Positions 1-13,680 are shown, numbered from the whole stretch's first letter. The stretch: 63,932 nucleotides of DNA, filler included, from Octopus bimaculoides (GCF_001194135.2; 8 parts of 5 records of this genome joined end to end with filler, not necessarily neighbours in it); one strand, 5' to 3'. The notes: generated by a model from the sequence alone, not told the origin. Program-made: numbers and translations.

Positions 1-295
1 GAAATAGAGATAACTCGAATGTGGAATCTAAAAACAGAAACAATTCCGATTATAGTAGGTGCCTTAGGTATAATAAAATAATATTCAGACAAATACATAA
101 CAAAAACACCAGGACTTACAAATATATATAACATACAGAAAATTGCACTACTGGGTACTGCACACATTCTACGCAAAACACTTTCAATACAGTAACCATA
201 AGAGCATCACAGCAAACCACAGCACATACCCAAGGCGCACAGAGCTGCGCTCGGTAGTGAAGTGAAAGCACGTTATAAAAATAAAACTACTGAAC

Positions 296-357
<62 letters not shown>
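1..357 (+). mobile_element. 3' end of R4/Dong-like non-LTR retrotransposon (endonuclease C-terminus, 3'UTR, (TAA)n tail)
   Basis: Frame 1 reads EIEITRMWNLKTETIPIIVGALGIIK*YSDKYITKTPGLTNIYNIQKIALLGTAHILRKTLSIQ* (ends 195), the IPxxxGALG...QKxxLLGTAxILRK C-terminus of R4-clade elements; followed by (TAA)n ~296-357. Confidence 0.85.
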
Positions 358-360
<3 letters not shown>

Positions 361-554
361 TGATGATAACTGATAACTGGGCAGAATTTTTAGCAGAAAA
401 GTTAGAGTATCGGGCTAAAATATTTAGTGAATCAAGGAAGATTTCGACTTAAATCTCACACGATGGGTAAAACGTGCACAAGTCATCAGTTGGAAATCAT
501 CCGAACAACTCGATATTTCTTTACAAATTTCTGGTTCTCAGTCCGCAGTAAGAT

Positions 555-580
555 ATCACTTTCATTATCATTATCATTGC

Positions 581-641
<61 letters not shown>

Positions 642-663
642 GTGATTGTTGTTGTTGTTATCG

Positions 664-704
<41 letters not shown>

Positions 705-800
705 GTCATCATCATCATTATTATTATCATTATTATTATTCTGATTGTTGTTATTGTTGCTATCGTTATTATTGTTGTTACTACTACTACTACTACTACT
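555..800. repeat. compound trinucleotide microsatellite (ATT)n/(ATC)n/(ACT)n
   Basis: Directly visible; source of the poly-L/N/D/M ORFs. Confidence 0.97.
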
Positions 801-1139
801 ATGCTTTAGTTTACTCAACATCACCACCTAAAAAAAGGAGGAAAACGATAAATTGCTCCTAAGATACTTCCCAACGTTTGTTCAAGCATGTTAAGGGGGT
901 CTTTAAATAAAGATCATGGACCCCAAGCTCGGTTTGTTGTTTGCAAAAGGGCTAAAACACATCAGGGTTCTGTTGTTATAAGGTTATCGTAAAGGCGCTG
1001 AAAAATACATCACGAAATTTTGTACAAGCTGATAAGTATTTCATATGGGAGAACGCGTACGCGTACGCGTGTGCGCGAGTGGGGGAATGAGGTGTATGAT
1101 TGAATGCATGCGTCCATGAGAGTGCGAATACATGAATAT

Positions 1140-1555
<416 letters not shown>

Positions 1556-1580
1556 TAATAATGATGACGATGATGATGAT

Positions 1581-1766
1581 TTCAATTTTTGGCACAAGGC
1601 CAACAAGTTCAAGGGCCGGGGAGATAAGTCGATTACTTCATCCCAAGGGTTCAAGAAGTACTTATTTTATCAACCCCGAAAAGATGAACAGAGAATGTAC
1701 AGACAGACGAAATAGCACTAAGCTTTTCGCCCGGCGTCCTAACGATTTAGCCAGCACGCCGCCTTA
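1581..1766 (-). mobile_element. tRNA-derived SINE, family B (head taaggcggcgagctgg)
   Basis: Reverse complement matches the copies at 49987, 51702 and 32290. Confidence 0.8.
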
Positions 1767-1783
1767 CTGTGATTACTGATACT

Positions 1784-1935
1784 GATAAATGGTTGAAGGT
1801 GATTGGAATAAAATGTTCTGTAGAGAGTCTACACAAGATTTGCCTCTTAGGAGCAGGGGAGATTATCAGAAGGGCTTTGAGCCCTTGAAAGATTATTGAA
1901 AGCTTGTGGTTGTAACCCGCTACCCACATAAATTC
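1784..1935 (+). mobile_element. 3' end of R4/Dong-like LINE
   Basis: DKWLKVIGIKCSVESLHKICLLGAGEIIRRALSP* resembles the terminal QKxCLLGTAxILRKVL motif; followed by a 3'UTR, an 18-bp minisatellite and a (GAT)n tail. Confidence 0.65.
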
Positions 1936-1938
1936 TAT

Positions 1939-2024
1939 GAAGGTGAATCAAAGAACGAAGGTGAATCAAAGAACGAAGGTGAATCAAAGAACGAAGGTGA
2001 ATCAAAGAACGAAGGTGAATCAAA
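1939..2024 (+). repeat. perfect 18-bp minisatellite (GAAGGTGAATCAAAGAAC)x4.8
   Basis: Units at 1939, 1957, 1975, 1993 and a partial unit at 2011; no spacers. Confidence 0.97.
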
Positions 2025-2800
2025 CTGAATCACAATGATGACAATGATGATGATGATGATGATGATGATGACAACGACAATAATGTTGAAAATGACTTCT
2101 TTATTACTCCTTTTTTCATCCATACAATAAAGCATGCATACGCTTTACAAAGATGTGGGTGACGTTTACAAAGTTACATACATTTTTTAGATATTAGGTG
2201 TATGGACATGTTCAAAATTTGATATAAATTAAGTGCACACACAATAATAGAAAAAGGAAATAGCTTAAAGTCTTGGGAGAAAGAAGAGTAATCCAGATAC
2301 ACAGGTGAGGACATATAAGCGAAGTCATTTTAAATGATCAAAGACTTTGTCCGTCTGAACACTTATTTGAACGCGTGCTTCCAGATCCACCAGTCAGCGT
2401 TAGATTTTGCGTTGATTTAAAAACTTACAACGCCTCTTGAGAAAACTTGTTTAACAGCCTGGTAGGCAATTGATGCGAACTTAACATTCTATCATTTCTG
2501 TCACTGTCAATACTATTCTTGTTAAAGCAATATATATANNNNNNNNNNNNNNNNNNNNNNNNNNNNNNNNNNNNNNNNNNNNNNNNNNNNNNNNNNNNNN
2601 NNNNNNNNNNNNNNNNNNNNNNNNNNNNNNNNNNNNNNNNNNNNNNNNNNNNNNNNNNNNNNNNNNTATATATATATATATGATCTACTGTTCCTTGATA
2701 GAAAAAGCAACGAAAAAATACTCCATCTGGTGAGAGATAAATATTATTTATTTAAAGGACACAATATATGTCTTTAAGTGCTACTAATAATTTGATTTTT

Positions 2801-3026
2801 ATTCTCTTTTATTCTTTTTAACTTGTTTCAGTCATTTGATTGTGGCCATGCTGGAGCACCGCCTTTAGTAGAGCAAATCGATACCAGGACTTATTCTTCG
2901 TAAGCCTAGTACTTATTCTAGCGGTCTCTTTTGCCGAACCACTAAGTTGCGGGGACGTAAACACACCAGCATCGGTTGTCAAGCGATGTTGGTGCGACAA
3001 ACACAGATTCACAGACATATACACAC

Positions 3027-3090
<64 letters not shown>

Positions 3091-3224
3091 ATATATACGA
3101 CGGGCTTCTTTCAGTTTCCGTCTACCAAATCCACTCAAAAGGCTTTGGTCGGCCCGAGGCTATAGTAGAAGACACTTGCCCAAGATGCTACGCAGTGGAA
3201 CTGAACCCGGAACCATGTGGTTCA
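2801..3224 (-). mobile_element. tRNA-derived SINE, family A (internal microsatellite, taaaaga-type tail), 5' truncated
   Basis: Matches the near-full copies at 23095-23505 and 24926-25738. Confidence 0.9.
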
Positions 3225-3934
3225 TAAGCATATCTCAAACATATTCATCAAGCACAAACCACATGTCATAACGAACTAAAAAAAAAACTGAATAAGAGAA
3301 GAAACACCAAAAATAAAATTAAGAAAGCAGCATACAGGAAACGCGGGAGGTTAAAAACGGAAAACAAAAAACAGAAAAGGAAAAAGTAAAAACTAAAATG
3401 TATAAGCCTTCCCATAAGCTTAATGAGAAACTCGCCTTTATACAGAAGTTGTCTTGTCACCTTCCTGTAATATTTAAAACCTGATAGCTAATATTAGTAA
3501 CAGAGTGCCTGACCTATCAAAGCTACTAAGTTGGCTAGCCACGTATGGAGTTTGAAAACTAACGAACCACTACAAGTGATTAAGACGAAAATAATTTTTA
3601 AATCCACACCTTATGTTAATGTAACAAATAAATATAGGCTATGTTTAGCTGAAAGAGCTCAGATGCTTTTCGGATCAAAGATCTCTAACTTTCTATTGAA
3701 CTCTAGACCTGAAATTTTCAGCGGTTGCAAACATATGTATAAATAAAATTTGGAAGAAAATACATTTTGAAGAAAATATATTTTAAACAAAATTTCGCTT
3801 ATACCCGATGAACTTGTTGATATCTTTATAGCCTTATAATTTAAGGTCTAAAGAAGATAACCTTTTTACCTTTTTTTATTTCCTACATTTTAGTTTTATT
3901 TTTACATTTTCCGTTTTTAACATTCTACATTTTC

Positions 3935-3978
3935 TATCTTTTATCTTTTACGTGCATGCACGTAAAAGATAAAAGATA
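3935..3978. repeat. perfect 44-bp spacerless palindrome
   Basis: TATCTTTTATCTTTTACGTGCATGCACGTAAAAGATAAAAGATA equals its own reverse complement. Confidence 0.97.
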
Positions 3979-3989
3979 ACAGAGCGCGA

Positions 3990-4185
3990 ATATTGGTAGA
4001 ATTATCAGAGCTTTGTAGTGTTAAGTCATTGTACATTACGTTCTAAGTCCATACGCCGGCTGTCAAGGTAGACTCTACTTTACACACTTCAAGCAGTGAG
4101 AAAAGAAAGTACCAGTTACTGATCTCGGTGGGATCGAGTGTTCCTCTCCCCCAAATTTTAGAACTTCTACCTATTTGGGAAAAAT
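3990..4185 (+). mobile_element. highly degenerate SINE family B
   Basis: Residual motifs (gtagactctacttt, aagtaccagtt, ctcccccaaattt) occur in family order. Confidence 0.5.
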
Positions 4186-4267
4186 ATTTTTACATTCAGC
4201 TCTGTAATAGCGAAACAACAATTGCAGAAAGATTTTGCAACTGTTACTGTTGCGGATGAGTGTTAGA

Positions 4268-4269
<2 letters not shown>

Positions 4270-4346
<77 letters not shown>

Positions 4347-4440
4347 TGTGTGTGTGTGTGCGTGTGTGTGTGTGTGTGTATGTGTGTATGTGTGTGTGCT
4401 TGTGTATGTATATGTACGACTGAATCTCTAAGTCTGTGTG
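4270..4440. repeat. (TG)n microsatellite
   Basis: Directly visible. Confidence 0.97.
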
Positions 4441-4905
4441 TGAGTATGTGTAAGAAAGTCGTATATGTGTGTGAGTATAAATGGAACGTAAAATGTGTGT
4501 GAGTATAAGCAGAATATGTAGAATGTGTATATGTGTGTGTGTGGAAGCTGCCGGGGGAGGAATTTAAACTTGTTTCTGCTTGTGTAGCAATACAAACATA
4601 TGACAGTTATCAACAATGTTGACATCATCCAAGGGAATCCGACCAAATTACCAAAGCAAAGAACACAGTCTGTGTGTGTAACGATGTTTATCTCAGTCTG
4701 TTTGTGCCTATGCAGGGGTTGGGTAGAAAGGGTTAGGGAGAATGTCCCATGTAGCAGCTGTTTGCGGTAAAACACTCTCTACCCCGCCACTATTTTGCAG
4801 CAAAAAGTACAATTACTAAAATAGCTGTCATCATACAATCAACTCACAGAAAAGGTGCGCGCGAGCACACACGCACATGCAAATATACATTTGTATGTGT
4901 GTATA

Positions 4906-4944
<39 letters not shown>

Positions 4945-4946
4945 CA

Positions 4947-4980
<34 letters not shown>

Positions 4981-5223
4981 NNNNNNNNNNNNNNNNNNNN
5001 NNNNNNNNNNNNNNNNNNNNNNNNNNNNNNNNNNNNNNNNNNNNNNNNNNNNNNNNNNNNNNNNNNNNNNNNNNNNNNNNNNNNNNNNNNNNNNNNNNNN
5101 NNNNNNNNNNNNNNNNNNNNNNNNNNNNNNNNNNNNNNNNNNNNNNNNNNNNNNNNNNNNNNNNNNNNNNNNNNNNNNNNNNNNNNNNNNNNNNNNNNNN
5201 NNNNNNNNNNNNNNNNNNNNNNN

Positions 5224-5268
<45 letters not shown>

Positions 5269-5296
5269 TATATACACACGTATATGTACTTACACC

Positions 5297-5352
<56 letters not shown>

Positions 5353-5409
5353 CTATATATACACACACACACACACTTATATATACACACACGTATATGT
5401 GCTTACACC

Positions 5410-5451
<42 letters not shown>

Positions 5452-5633
5452 GAAGGCATGTATATATGTATGTTTGTACTATGTATTAATCTATGTATGT
5501 GTATGCCATTATCCAGTTTATTTCAAGATTTCTTACCAAAAGAAAGAACCGGTTTCTAACCCCGATCCAAGGCTCCTTCATTGGAATATCAACATCAGCA
5601 ACAGGTCATTTTTGTATGTATGTATGTATGTAT

Positions 5634-5667
<34 letters not shown>

Positions 5668-5946
5668 GCACATATATGNNNNNNNNNNTGAGAACACCAC
5701 ATAAGATGTGCAATGAAAATGTACTCCTCAGCTGCATAATGGAAGTTCATTTCAGATAGTCATTTTGTAGATGTGTGCAAATACAAGAGTAGGGGATGAA
5801 GAAAATACCATCTTGACTGGGCGTTAACCAAATTTTCTTCAAATTTTATTCACCAAATCTCTTGATTTTGCTTTTGGTTTTTACCCTACCAAATTCTGGT
5901 GCCTCAAACATGTTAAGTACCACATTTAATCTTTTGATTAAATCTA

Positions 5947-6019
<73 letters not shown>

Positions 6020-6026
<7 letters not shown>

Positions 6027-6798
6027 AATACAGAATGGGACAAGAACGCAAAACATCCAGACAGTTAGGTGATACAAGAAAGGGACAACAAAACATCCAA
6101 ATAGACGATACAAAGAAAACAAGGACAGGTCATTCGGAGTTTACTTTCCTCAGTCGAAATTCAGATTATCTTTGCAATTTCGGCTGCTTATTCTCGATAT
6201 TGCTCCAATCTGGCCAGCCCCAAGGAAAAACTAAGCTAAGAGCATTAGATTCCTTGGAAGAAAGCAGCGAATGTATACAAAAAGAAGGACATCTCTCTCT
6301 TCTCTCCCCACGTGACCGGTGTTCGGCCAAGCTTGACCTTTCTTTTTTGGTTCGGTCGTTGTCCGTGCAACATCTATATTCTTCCCTATGCCTGTGAAAT
6401 CTTGTATCCCTACCGTAAGGCTTTACTTCCACAGACGCCAGCCTACTTTAATTCGTCCTTAGTCGAAAAACACTTGTTGTTATATCTTGTTATTTGTATT
6501 TGTGTAACTTTCTCCGTTTTTTCTGTCCTTGTTTTTGTATACATTCGCTGCTTTCTTCCAAGGAATCTAATGCTCTTAGCTTCGTTTTTCCTTGTGGCTG
6601 GCCAGATTGGAGCAATCTCGAGTATAACGAAATTGCAAAGATAATCTGGAACTCGACTGAGGAAAGAAAACTCCAAATGACCCGTCCTTTTTTTTTCTTT
6701 GTATTGTCTGTATGGATGTTTTGTTGTCCCTTTCTTGTATCACCTAACTGTCTGGATGTTTTGCGTTCTTGTCCCATTTTGTATTTATATATATATAT
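6020..6798. mobile_element. repeat with ~270-bp inverted arms (6020-6291 / 6526-6798); probable PLE pseudo-LTR-type inversion
   Basis: The arms give near-identical translations on opposite strands (MGQERKTSRQLGDTRKGQQNI...). The + copy 6292-6798 is homologous to 41215-41617. The PLE assignment is inferred. Confidence 0.6.
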
Positions 6799-6974
6799 AT
6801 CGAAGAGTTACGAAATGGAGTAGGAAAGATCCAGGCTACATATGTCTAATAGCAAACGGAACCGCGGAAGTGGTAAAATTCAAGTAAGGTGTGTACCACT
6901 GGCTACTCTTCAGGCCAAGGATATCTTGTAACCTTTAATCTAACCAAGATATCCTTGGCGGAAGCTGAATAAAT

Positions 6975-7203
6975 ATATGTGTGTGTCTCTTTGTGTCTGT
7001 GTTTGTCCCCACTACTGCTTGACAACTGGTGTTGGTATGTTCACTTCCCTGCCATCTAGCGGTTTGGCAAAAAGGATCGATAGAATAAGTACCAGGCTTA
7101 AGAAAATATTGGGATCGATTCATTCGACTTAAAAAATACTCCAAAGCGGTGCTCCAGCATGGCCGTAGTCTAGTGACTGAAACGAGTAAAAGATAAAAGA
7201 TAT
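6975..7203 (+). mobile_element. SINE family A, 3' half
   Basis: gtgtttgtcccc...gcggtgctccagcatggcc...gtaaaagataaaaga tail. Confidence 0.88.
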
Positions 7204-7204
7204 A

Positions 7205-7274
<70 letters not shown>

Positions 7275-7789
7275 CGTGCGTGTGTTAGTATGTAAATCCA
7301 CAAACAAATGCTGTATGACCTTTATTTATACTCACATGTGGAACCACTAACAAACACCCGTCTCGCTTTCTATTCTCCCCCTCTCTCTCTTCCTCTCACC
7401 CACACTCATTCTCCTCATCTTTCAACCTCACTCTCTCTTACCAACTGATACCGGTGATTCTACTGCGCATGAGTGAAAAGGCGCGTGTGAAAGTATATGA
7501 GTTGATGACGAGGAGGAATTGTAGCGTAAACGCTACTAACTATGAGGCCCAGACCGCCTACAGACAAACGCAGTACGGTTCCTTCCACAACATATATTTG
7601 TGATGATAACCTGGTGTACATCCTCCCTTGCAATCGGCGTCTTGAAAAGCAATATATATATTTTTGTTATGTGTGTATATATATGTACGTATGCATGCAT
7701 GTATGTACATGTTACGCATATATACATGTCTGTATGTTATGTCATGTATACGTGTATGTATCCTTATGGTGTATCTGTCTATATTTGAG

Positions 7790-7840
<51 letters not shown>

Positions 7841-7909
7841 TGTGTGTGTATATATAAATATATATATGTGTGTGTGTGTGTGTATGTATATACAATTACA
7901 TACACACAT

Positions 7910-7941
<32 letters not shown>

Positions 7942-8672
7942 TGATGTATATATATATGTGTGTGTGTGTGTATAAAGAGAGAGAGGAGGAGCGAGAGAGG
8001 GAGAGACATATTTAAATACACGTTGGTCTGCGTACACACATATACGCACAGAGTATTTTGGGCTATTTCTTTGTTTGGATGCAGAATGAGTGTGTGTGTA
8101 TATGTCTGTGTGTGTGAGTAAATGTGTTTGTGTGTACGTGCGCTCGTGTGTGTATATGGTGTGTCTACATATTTAATTTTCTAAGTATGCATACGCATGT
8201 AAGCATGACTACGTATTATGTGTGCACACATACACAAACACACCAACACACACACAAACATCTATATAAAAGCACACACATATGTATATTTATTTATCTA
8301 TTTATCTATGGATACATATCAGACAATTACATGGTTCTTTCTTGAAGTCAGGATTACTATTTAAAACATATATTTGCCGTTATATTATCTTCTTTTATTT
8401 TCTAAAAGCATAACACACACACACACACACACACACACATGCACACCCACACATACACACACACACATTGAGACATATACACACGTACACACACATCTAC
8501 ATATTCACATTAAATTAGATACCAAAGTATTTCATAACCACGACACGCCCACTAATCTCCCAGTGCATTCTTGTATCGCGACGTCATTACGCACTTATTC
8601 TCCTTTGTATAACGTAATGGTGGAGATTTCAACTGCAGCCAACTACTTTAATATTTAAAAATCTAATATTTT

Positions 8673-8758
8673 GGCGCAGGCGTAACTGTGCGGTACTAAA
8701 CTTGCTCCCCCACCACATGGTTCCAGGTTCAGCCTCACTGCATGGAACCTTGGACAGT
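8673..8758 (+). mobile_element. SINE family A, tRNA head only
   Basis: ggcgcaggcgtaactgtgcggt...ccacatggttccaggttcag; degenerate A/B boxes. Confidence 0.7.
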
Positions 8759-8769
8759 CTGATCGATGT

Positions 8770-9515
8770 TAAGCTTCTGGCAACATTTTTGTTCGTTTTA
8801 GGCAGAGGTGTTCTACGTCACTGATGATGTAGAAATTGTTTGTGCTGGTAAGTATCTTCCGGGTTTTCACATCAATGGCTGCAATCCCATCAAGCGTCCA
8901 GCCAAGTATTCTCAATGCTTGTATAAGTACTGGCACTATAAACACATTGTGGGCCACTGTTTTATTGAATGCAGAGTGTTCCTAGGTCCAAATTTTCTTT
9001 ATTCGGTTGTAACATTTTTTAGTGACACTTGTCTGTATATGTATGTATGTATCTTGTACCAATACCCAAAAATCAAGTCTTCTTGTACCAATATCCCAAA
9101 ATCAAGTCTCTTCCAGGTACTTTTCCGTCCTGAAGTTTCTGGATTACAGTCATAAGAGAATTGCCATGAATGCTATATATCTTGGGTGTAATGCAGGCAC
9201 AATAACTTCTTCGGATTTCTTCCAGCCACAGTGCATCCTGGTTAAACTCCTTCTCTTCATTCCAAACTTTCATCCAGAAGGAGTCTATGTCTTCTCGTGA
9301 AGGAGCTTCTGTGATGTTCACTGCTTCTCTTCTCATGTCTCTGCACACTGCTGTCTGGTTCCGGTTAAATTTTCTGCATATTTTTTTCTCTCTCGTTTAT
9401 TCTTTTCTGATGTCGGAGTTTCTCAGTGATGCATTTTAGCTCCTGCTTGAGGCTGATCAGTTTGCAAGTGAGTGTCCTCTTTTTGCTATCTCCCAACATC
9501 ACTTGTATCTCCTTT
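8770..9515 (-). mobile_element. R4/Dong-like LINE RT N-terminal fragment, frameshifted
   Basis: APSREDIDSFWMKVW...W LEE...KVPGRDLILGYWYKK matches the pre-RT region (FWxxIW...KAPGxDxIxxYWxK). Confidence 0.8.
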
Positions 9516-9689
9516 ACTTTTTGTTAGTGAGATGTATGTATGTGTGTATGTATGTATGTAGGTATGTATGTAGGTAGGTATTCCTATATCTATACATATC
9601 TATCTTCTTTTGAAGATCGGTAACGCAAAACGGGGTAATAATCTGAAGGTTCAATCTCCAATAAATTGTAGATGCGTTTGTGCGTGTGT

Positions 9690-9747
<58 letters not shown>

Positions 9748-9980
9748 GTCTGTGTGCGTGTGTCTGTGTGTGTGTGTGTTTGATCGGGACATGCAACTGC
9801 ATATTTCACGTTCCAATGATATAACTCGGTCTTTCCTTGCTTCACTCTCTCTAAAGAAACCTCTCTCTTTAGAAGCTGGTCTTTCCCGTTCCATCTCCAC
9901 AACTTCTATCTTTCGTTTATACACCTGCTTCCCTTCTCTCTCACACACTCACTCTCTCTCACTCTTTCACTCACTCACTA

Positions 9981-10011
<31 letters not shown>

Positions 10012-10065
10012 TTTCAATTATGTTTTCTAACTCAGTAACTGTCAGTAACTCACTTCCCCTCTCTT

Positions 10066-10121
<56 letters not shown>

Positions 10122-10476
10122 ACTCGCATGCAGGCACATAAATACATGTATGTTTTTGAGTGTGTATGTGTGTGTTAGCAATATATATATATATATATAT
10201 AGGAGAGGGAGAGGAGAAAGAGAGTGAGGAGAAGAGAGGGAGAGAAAAAAGAGAGATCGAGAAATAATAGAGATTGAACAGACTTGTACGCATATATGTA
10301 TCGATAGATAGATAGATACATACATACATACATGCATGCATGCATACATACATACATACATACATACATACATACGTACATCGCATACCAGCACCTACAA
10401 ACATACACCCTCAAAAATACAAACACACACACACACATCATCACGCACACATATACACACACACATACACACATCA

Positions 10477-10513
<37 letters not shown>

Positions 10514-11261
10514 GCTCTTCATGGAACAAATTAACGAAGCAGACCCCCGGAAATGAGTCCAGCAGAAATGGAAAAACCATCTAACGGGTCTCCGCTGTTT
10601 TTCTTTCTGGCTCATAGACTCTGGTCGTGTTTTAAGATCACCACTCCCATTGCCAACACCACCACCACCACCACCACCACCACTACGAGCACCACCAGTT
10701 TAAACGATGACCTCCACCAACACCATCATCATCACCCCCCACCCCCACCCATCACCACCACCGCTACTGCTGTTGCTCCTTTTCTCTCGCACAAGAATAA
10801 CAATTCGACGAACATCATTACTACCAACCAACATCAGCATCGCAGCCGCCAACGCTACTGCTATAGAAAATAATCATCATTAGCTACAGTTAGTGGTATC
10901 GATTAATATTAAGACTACGTACGAATGTGGTTATCGATCAGCAAGAAAGAACAACCAAATCTCCGTTGAATTATGTTCCAAAGCCTTTTCGGATTATTGA
11001 TTCTTTCCTAATCGTGGATGGTCATCTTGGACATCATACTGTTAATTAAAAAAATATTAAATTTACTTAAAGAATTAAATGAAATGGAAGTAACGACACA
11101 TTCGTATGAAATCTGTGGATTATAAGAGGTTCTGGACCGTCTGTGACCGGAATGTCAGTATTTGAACCTGCGTTTAAAAGTTTTAAAAATAAAGATGGAA
11201 GAACTCATTAGAGAATGTTGTCCTATTTACATTACATCAGAAAGAAGTGAAAAAAATTATC

Positions 11262-11534
11262 TCTTTGTTTTCTTTTATCTTCAGTTATTGGATTTTGGCC
11301 ATGCTGGGGCACCGCCTTGAAGGGTTTTAATCAAGCAAATCTCCCCCATCACTTATAATTCTTTAAGTCTGGTACTTCTTCGATCGATGACTTTTGCCGA
11401 ACCAGTAAGTTACTGGGACGTAAGCAATCTAAAATCAGTGGTCAAACCGTGGTGAAAAACAAACGCAGTCACACACGCATACACACACAACGGGCTGCCA
11501 CACAGTTTCCGTCTACCAAATTCACTCACAAGCC
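11262..11534 (-). mobile_element. SINE family A, degenerate partial
   Basis: ggccatgctggggcaccgcc...cagtttccgtctaccaaattcactcacaag. Confidence 0.8.
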
Positions 11535-11574
11535 ATGATAGACTTGACCAGTATTTGCATTGGATTATATGCCA

Positions 11575-12010
11575 TACGAGAGTACTCCCATATGAGAAGA
11601 GCTAGTAGGAACAGAAACCTGTCTAAGAAGTAGAAAAATAAAGAGATCACCGTTCTTAGGGACTTTACTACGAAACCGACCGTGCTTTACAGGCCAGTAG
11701 ACCAGATATCGTGGTTAAAAAAATCACGTTGACAAAACATCTCAGCTCATAGATATGTCAATCTCAGCAGACTGCAACACTTCTGTAAAAGCATTTGAGG
11801 AGTTAAATAAATATAAGGACCTTGAAATAGATTTCTCAAAAATATGACATCTAAGAACAACAACTGTACCTGTGGTCATCAGAGCTTTGGGGACAAAATC
11901 AAAAGACTCGTGTCCAAATACCAGGAAACCCCAAGGCATCAGAACTGTAAAAGATTTTTCTTATGCTAAGAAAGGCATTGTCAACTTGAAAATATCTGAT
12001 TCCCTTAAAA
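11575..12010 (+). mobile_element. R4/Dong-like LINE endonuclease (REL) C-terminal fragment
   Basis: Degenerate ITVLRDFT..RPDIVVK, DMSI, KYKDLEID, TVPVVIRALGT motifs. Confidence 0.75.
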
Positions 12011-12149
12011 CTCTTTCAAAACTGAAATATTACAAATTTAACAGAATCTTAGATCTCGGATTCTAGTTTCCTTCCCGTACAAAATATCATTGCCAATCAT
12101 AAATAACACTTTTAACAAAACGCCCAACTTGCAGTTACTTGAGGTCTCT

Positions 12150-13680
12150 AGGAGAATCTTGTAACATTGTATAAAACAAAGCAACAATAACTTAAACAAC
12201 AACAATAACATTACCTTCTTAGAGCCCAAGGAGGTCGAGGTTTGTTCCAATTTGAAATTTCTCATAAAACCACCACAAATGGACAAATATCTTGAAACAT
12301 CTAACGACCGGATGCTAAAACACGTTGAAAACCACGAGAGACGTAAGAAGCTTCATTCTCTCATGAAGAAGAGCAAAAAATTTGCTAGTGAGTCCTTGCA
12401 TAATACCCAGGTTGAACAGCATGAGGGAAGTGCGACAACTATTGCAAAGAAGGTGAAATCAATGGTAAAGCAAGATGTGCTTGAACAATTGACTGATACG
12501 TGGGAACAAACAGGTGACCCGTAGCAAGCAAGCTGATGTTGAGCAGAAGCACACCCATCAGTGACTACGGAGCTTAGGGCTAAAGGAAGAGAGCAAAGGC
12601 TTTATCAGAGCTTAATAACCCGGAATTATCAAGCCAATGTGATGAAAGATGAAATAGACCCAAAGTGCTGATAATGCAACGATGAGATTGAAACATTCAA
12701 CGTTAAACTTGACCAAGAGAACGTTATAAAGGAGATAAAAAACCAGTGGAAGGTTACAGATACTTAGGGGGCATATGAAGGTAACGGAATTAAACATTCA
12801 ATAGTGAGGGAAAGGATCAGAAGAGAATGTTATCGAAGGGCAAGGGCAATACTCAAGACAGAGCTAAACACAAGAAGCAAAAAAGAAGCAACACTTTAGC
12901 CAGACCGGTCGTGACATACAGTTTCAATATTATTAACTGGTCAATTACTGAAATATTTGAAAACTTGACAGTGAATAGAATGCAGCACCCTAAGGTAGAT
13001 ATAGAACAACTTTACTTGCCAAGAAAAGAGGGTAGACGAGGACTCTTACAATTTGAATTGACAATGAAGATTGACACAATTGGCCTAAGCACTTATCTGA
13101 AACATTCGAATGACTAGATGCTAAAACTTCTCTTAAAGTAGGAAAACAAGAAAACCGCATACTCAGTAACAAACAGGCGAGGAAATATCTAAGTGAATTC
13201 CAAATACAGTAAGTCCCAGAATTAGATGTACTGGAAACAAGCAGGGAAAAAGTCAAATGTATGAAAACCCTTGATAAAACTGCTGTCTTATACTCTCAGT
13301 GATGCATGGCAAGAAAAATCTCTCAATAGCACAGGCCAAGATCAATGCCTACCAACAAGAAGCTACCAGACCAATATCTTAAAGAACGGCAACAGCCCAA
13401 CGCGTCGTATATATAAACAACAAAATGAAACTATTGATCCTGTTGTCTCCATGTGCAGCCTTCTTTCTCCCACGGGATATCTCAACAGGAATCATAGAGC
13501 AGCACAGTATATTTACTGGGTAATCTGCAAGGAGCTGGACCTGTTCCATTAAAAAACCCAAAAAAGAACAAAAAAATGTTGGGAACACAAATCACCTCAA
13601 CTGCTTGAAAATGATCACATCTCACTCATTTGGCACCTTACTGTTCAAACTGACAGAAAGGTAGGCGCAAATAGACATTA
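12150..13680 (+). mobile_element. two tandem R4/Dong-like LINE fragments (post-RT thumb and CCHC region)
   Basis: MQHPKVDIEQLYLPRKEGRRGLLQ (HPKxDxxRLYxPRKEGGRGL), IDPVVSMCSLLSPTGYLNRNHRAAQYIYW, TVQTDRKV; many stops and frameshifts. Confidence 0.85.

Noticed and set aside
1053-1070. (ACGCGT)3 18-bp palindrome
   Set aside because: Short tandem of a palindromic hexamer at the edge of a microsatellite; expected from slippage.
1939-2024. Regular repeat as a possible CRISPR array
   Set aside because: Contiguous 18-bp units with no spacers, eukaryotic context, no cas genes.
6645-6690. CUGANGA...GAA motif in the 6-kb/41-kb repeat family (CTGAGGA at ~6657, CTGACGA at ~41011, CTGAAGA at ~41561)
   Set aside because: The variable N7 position is suggestive, but it is followed by GAAU or AAAU instead of GAAA, and no consistent stem I, II or III could be drawn.
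10553-10873. 106-aa ORF with poly-T/H/P
   Set aside because: Dominated by (CAC)n/(CAT)n repeats; no domain or splice support.
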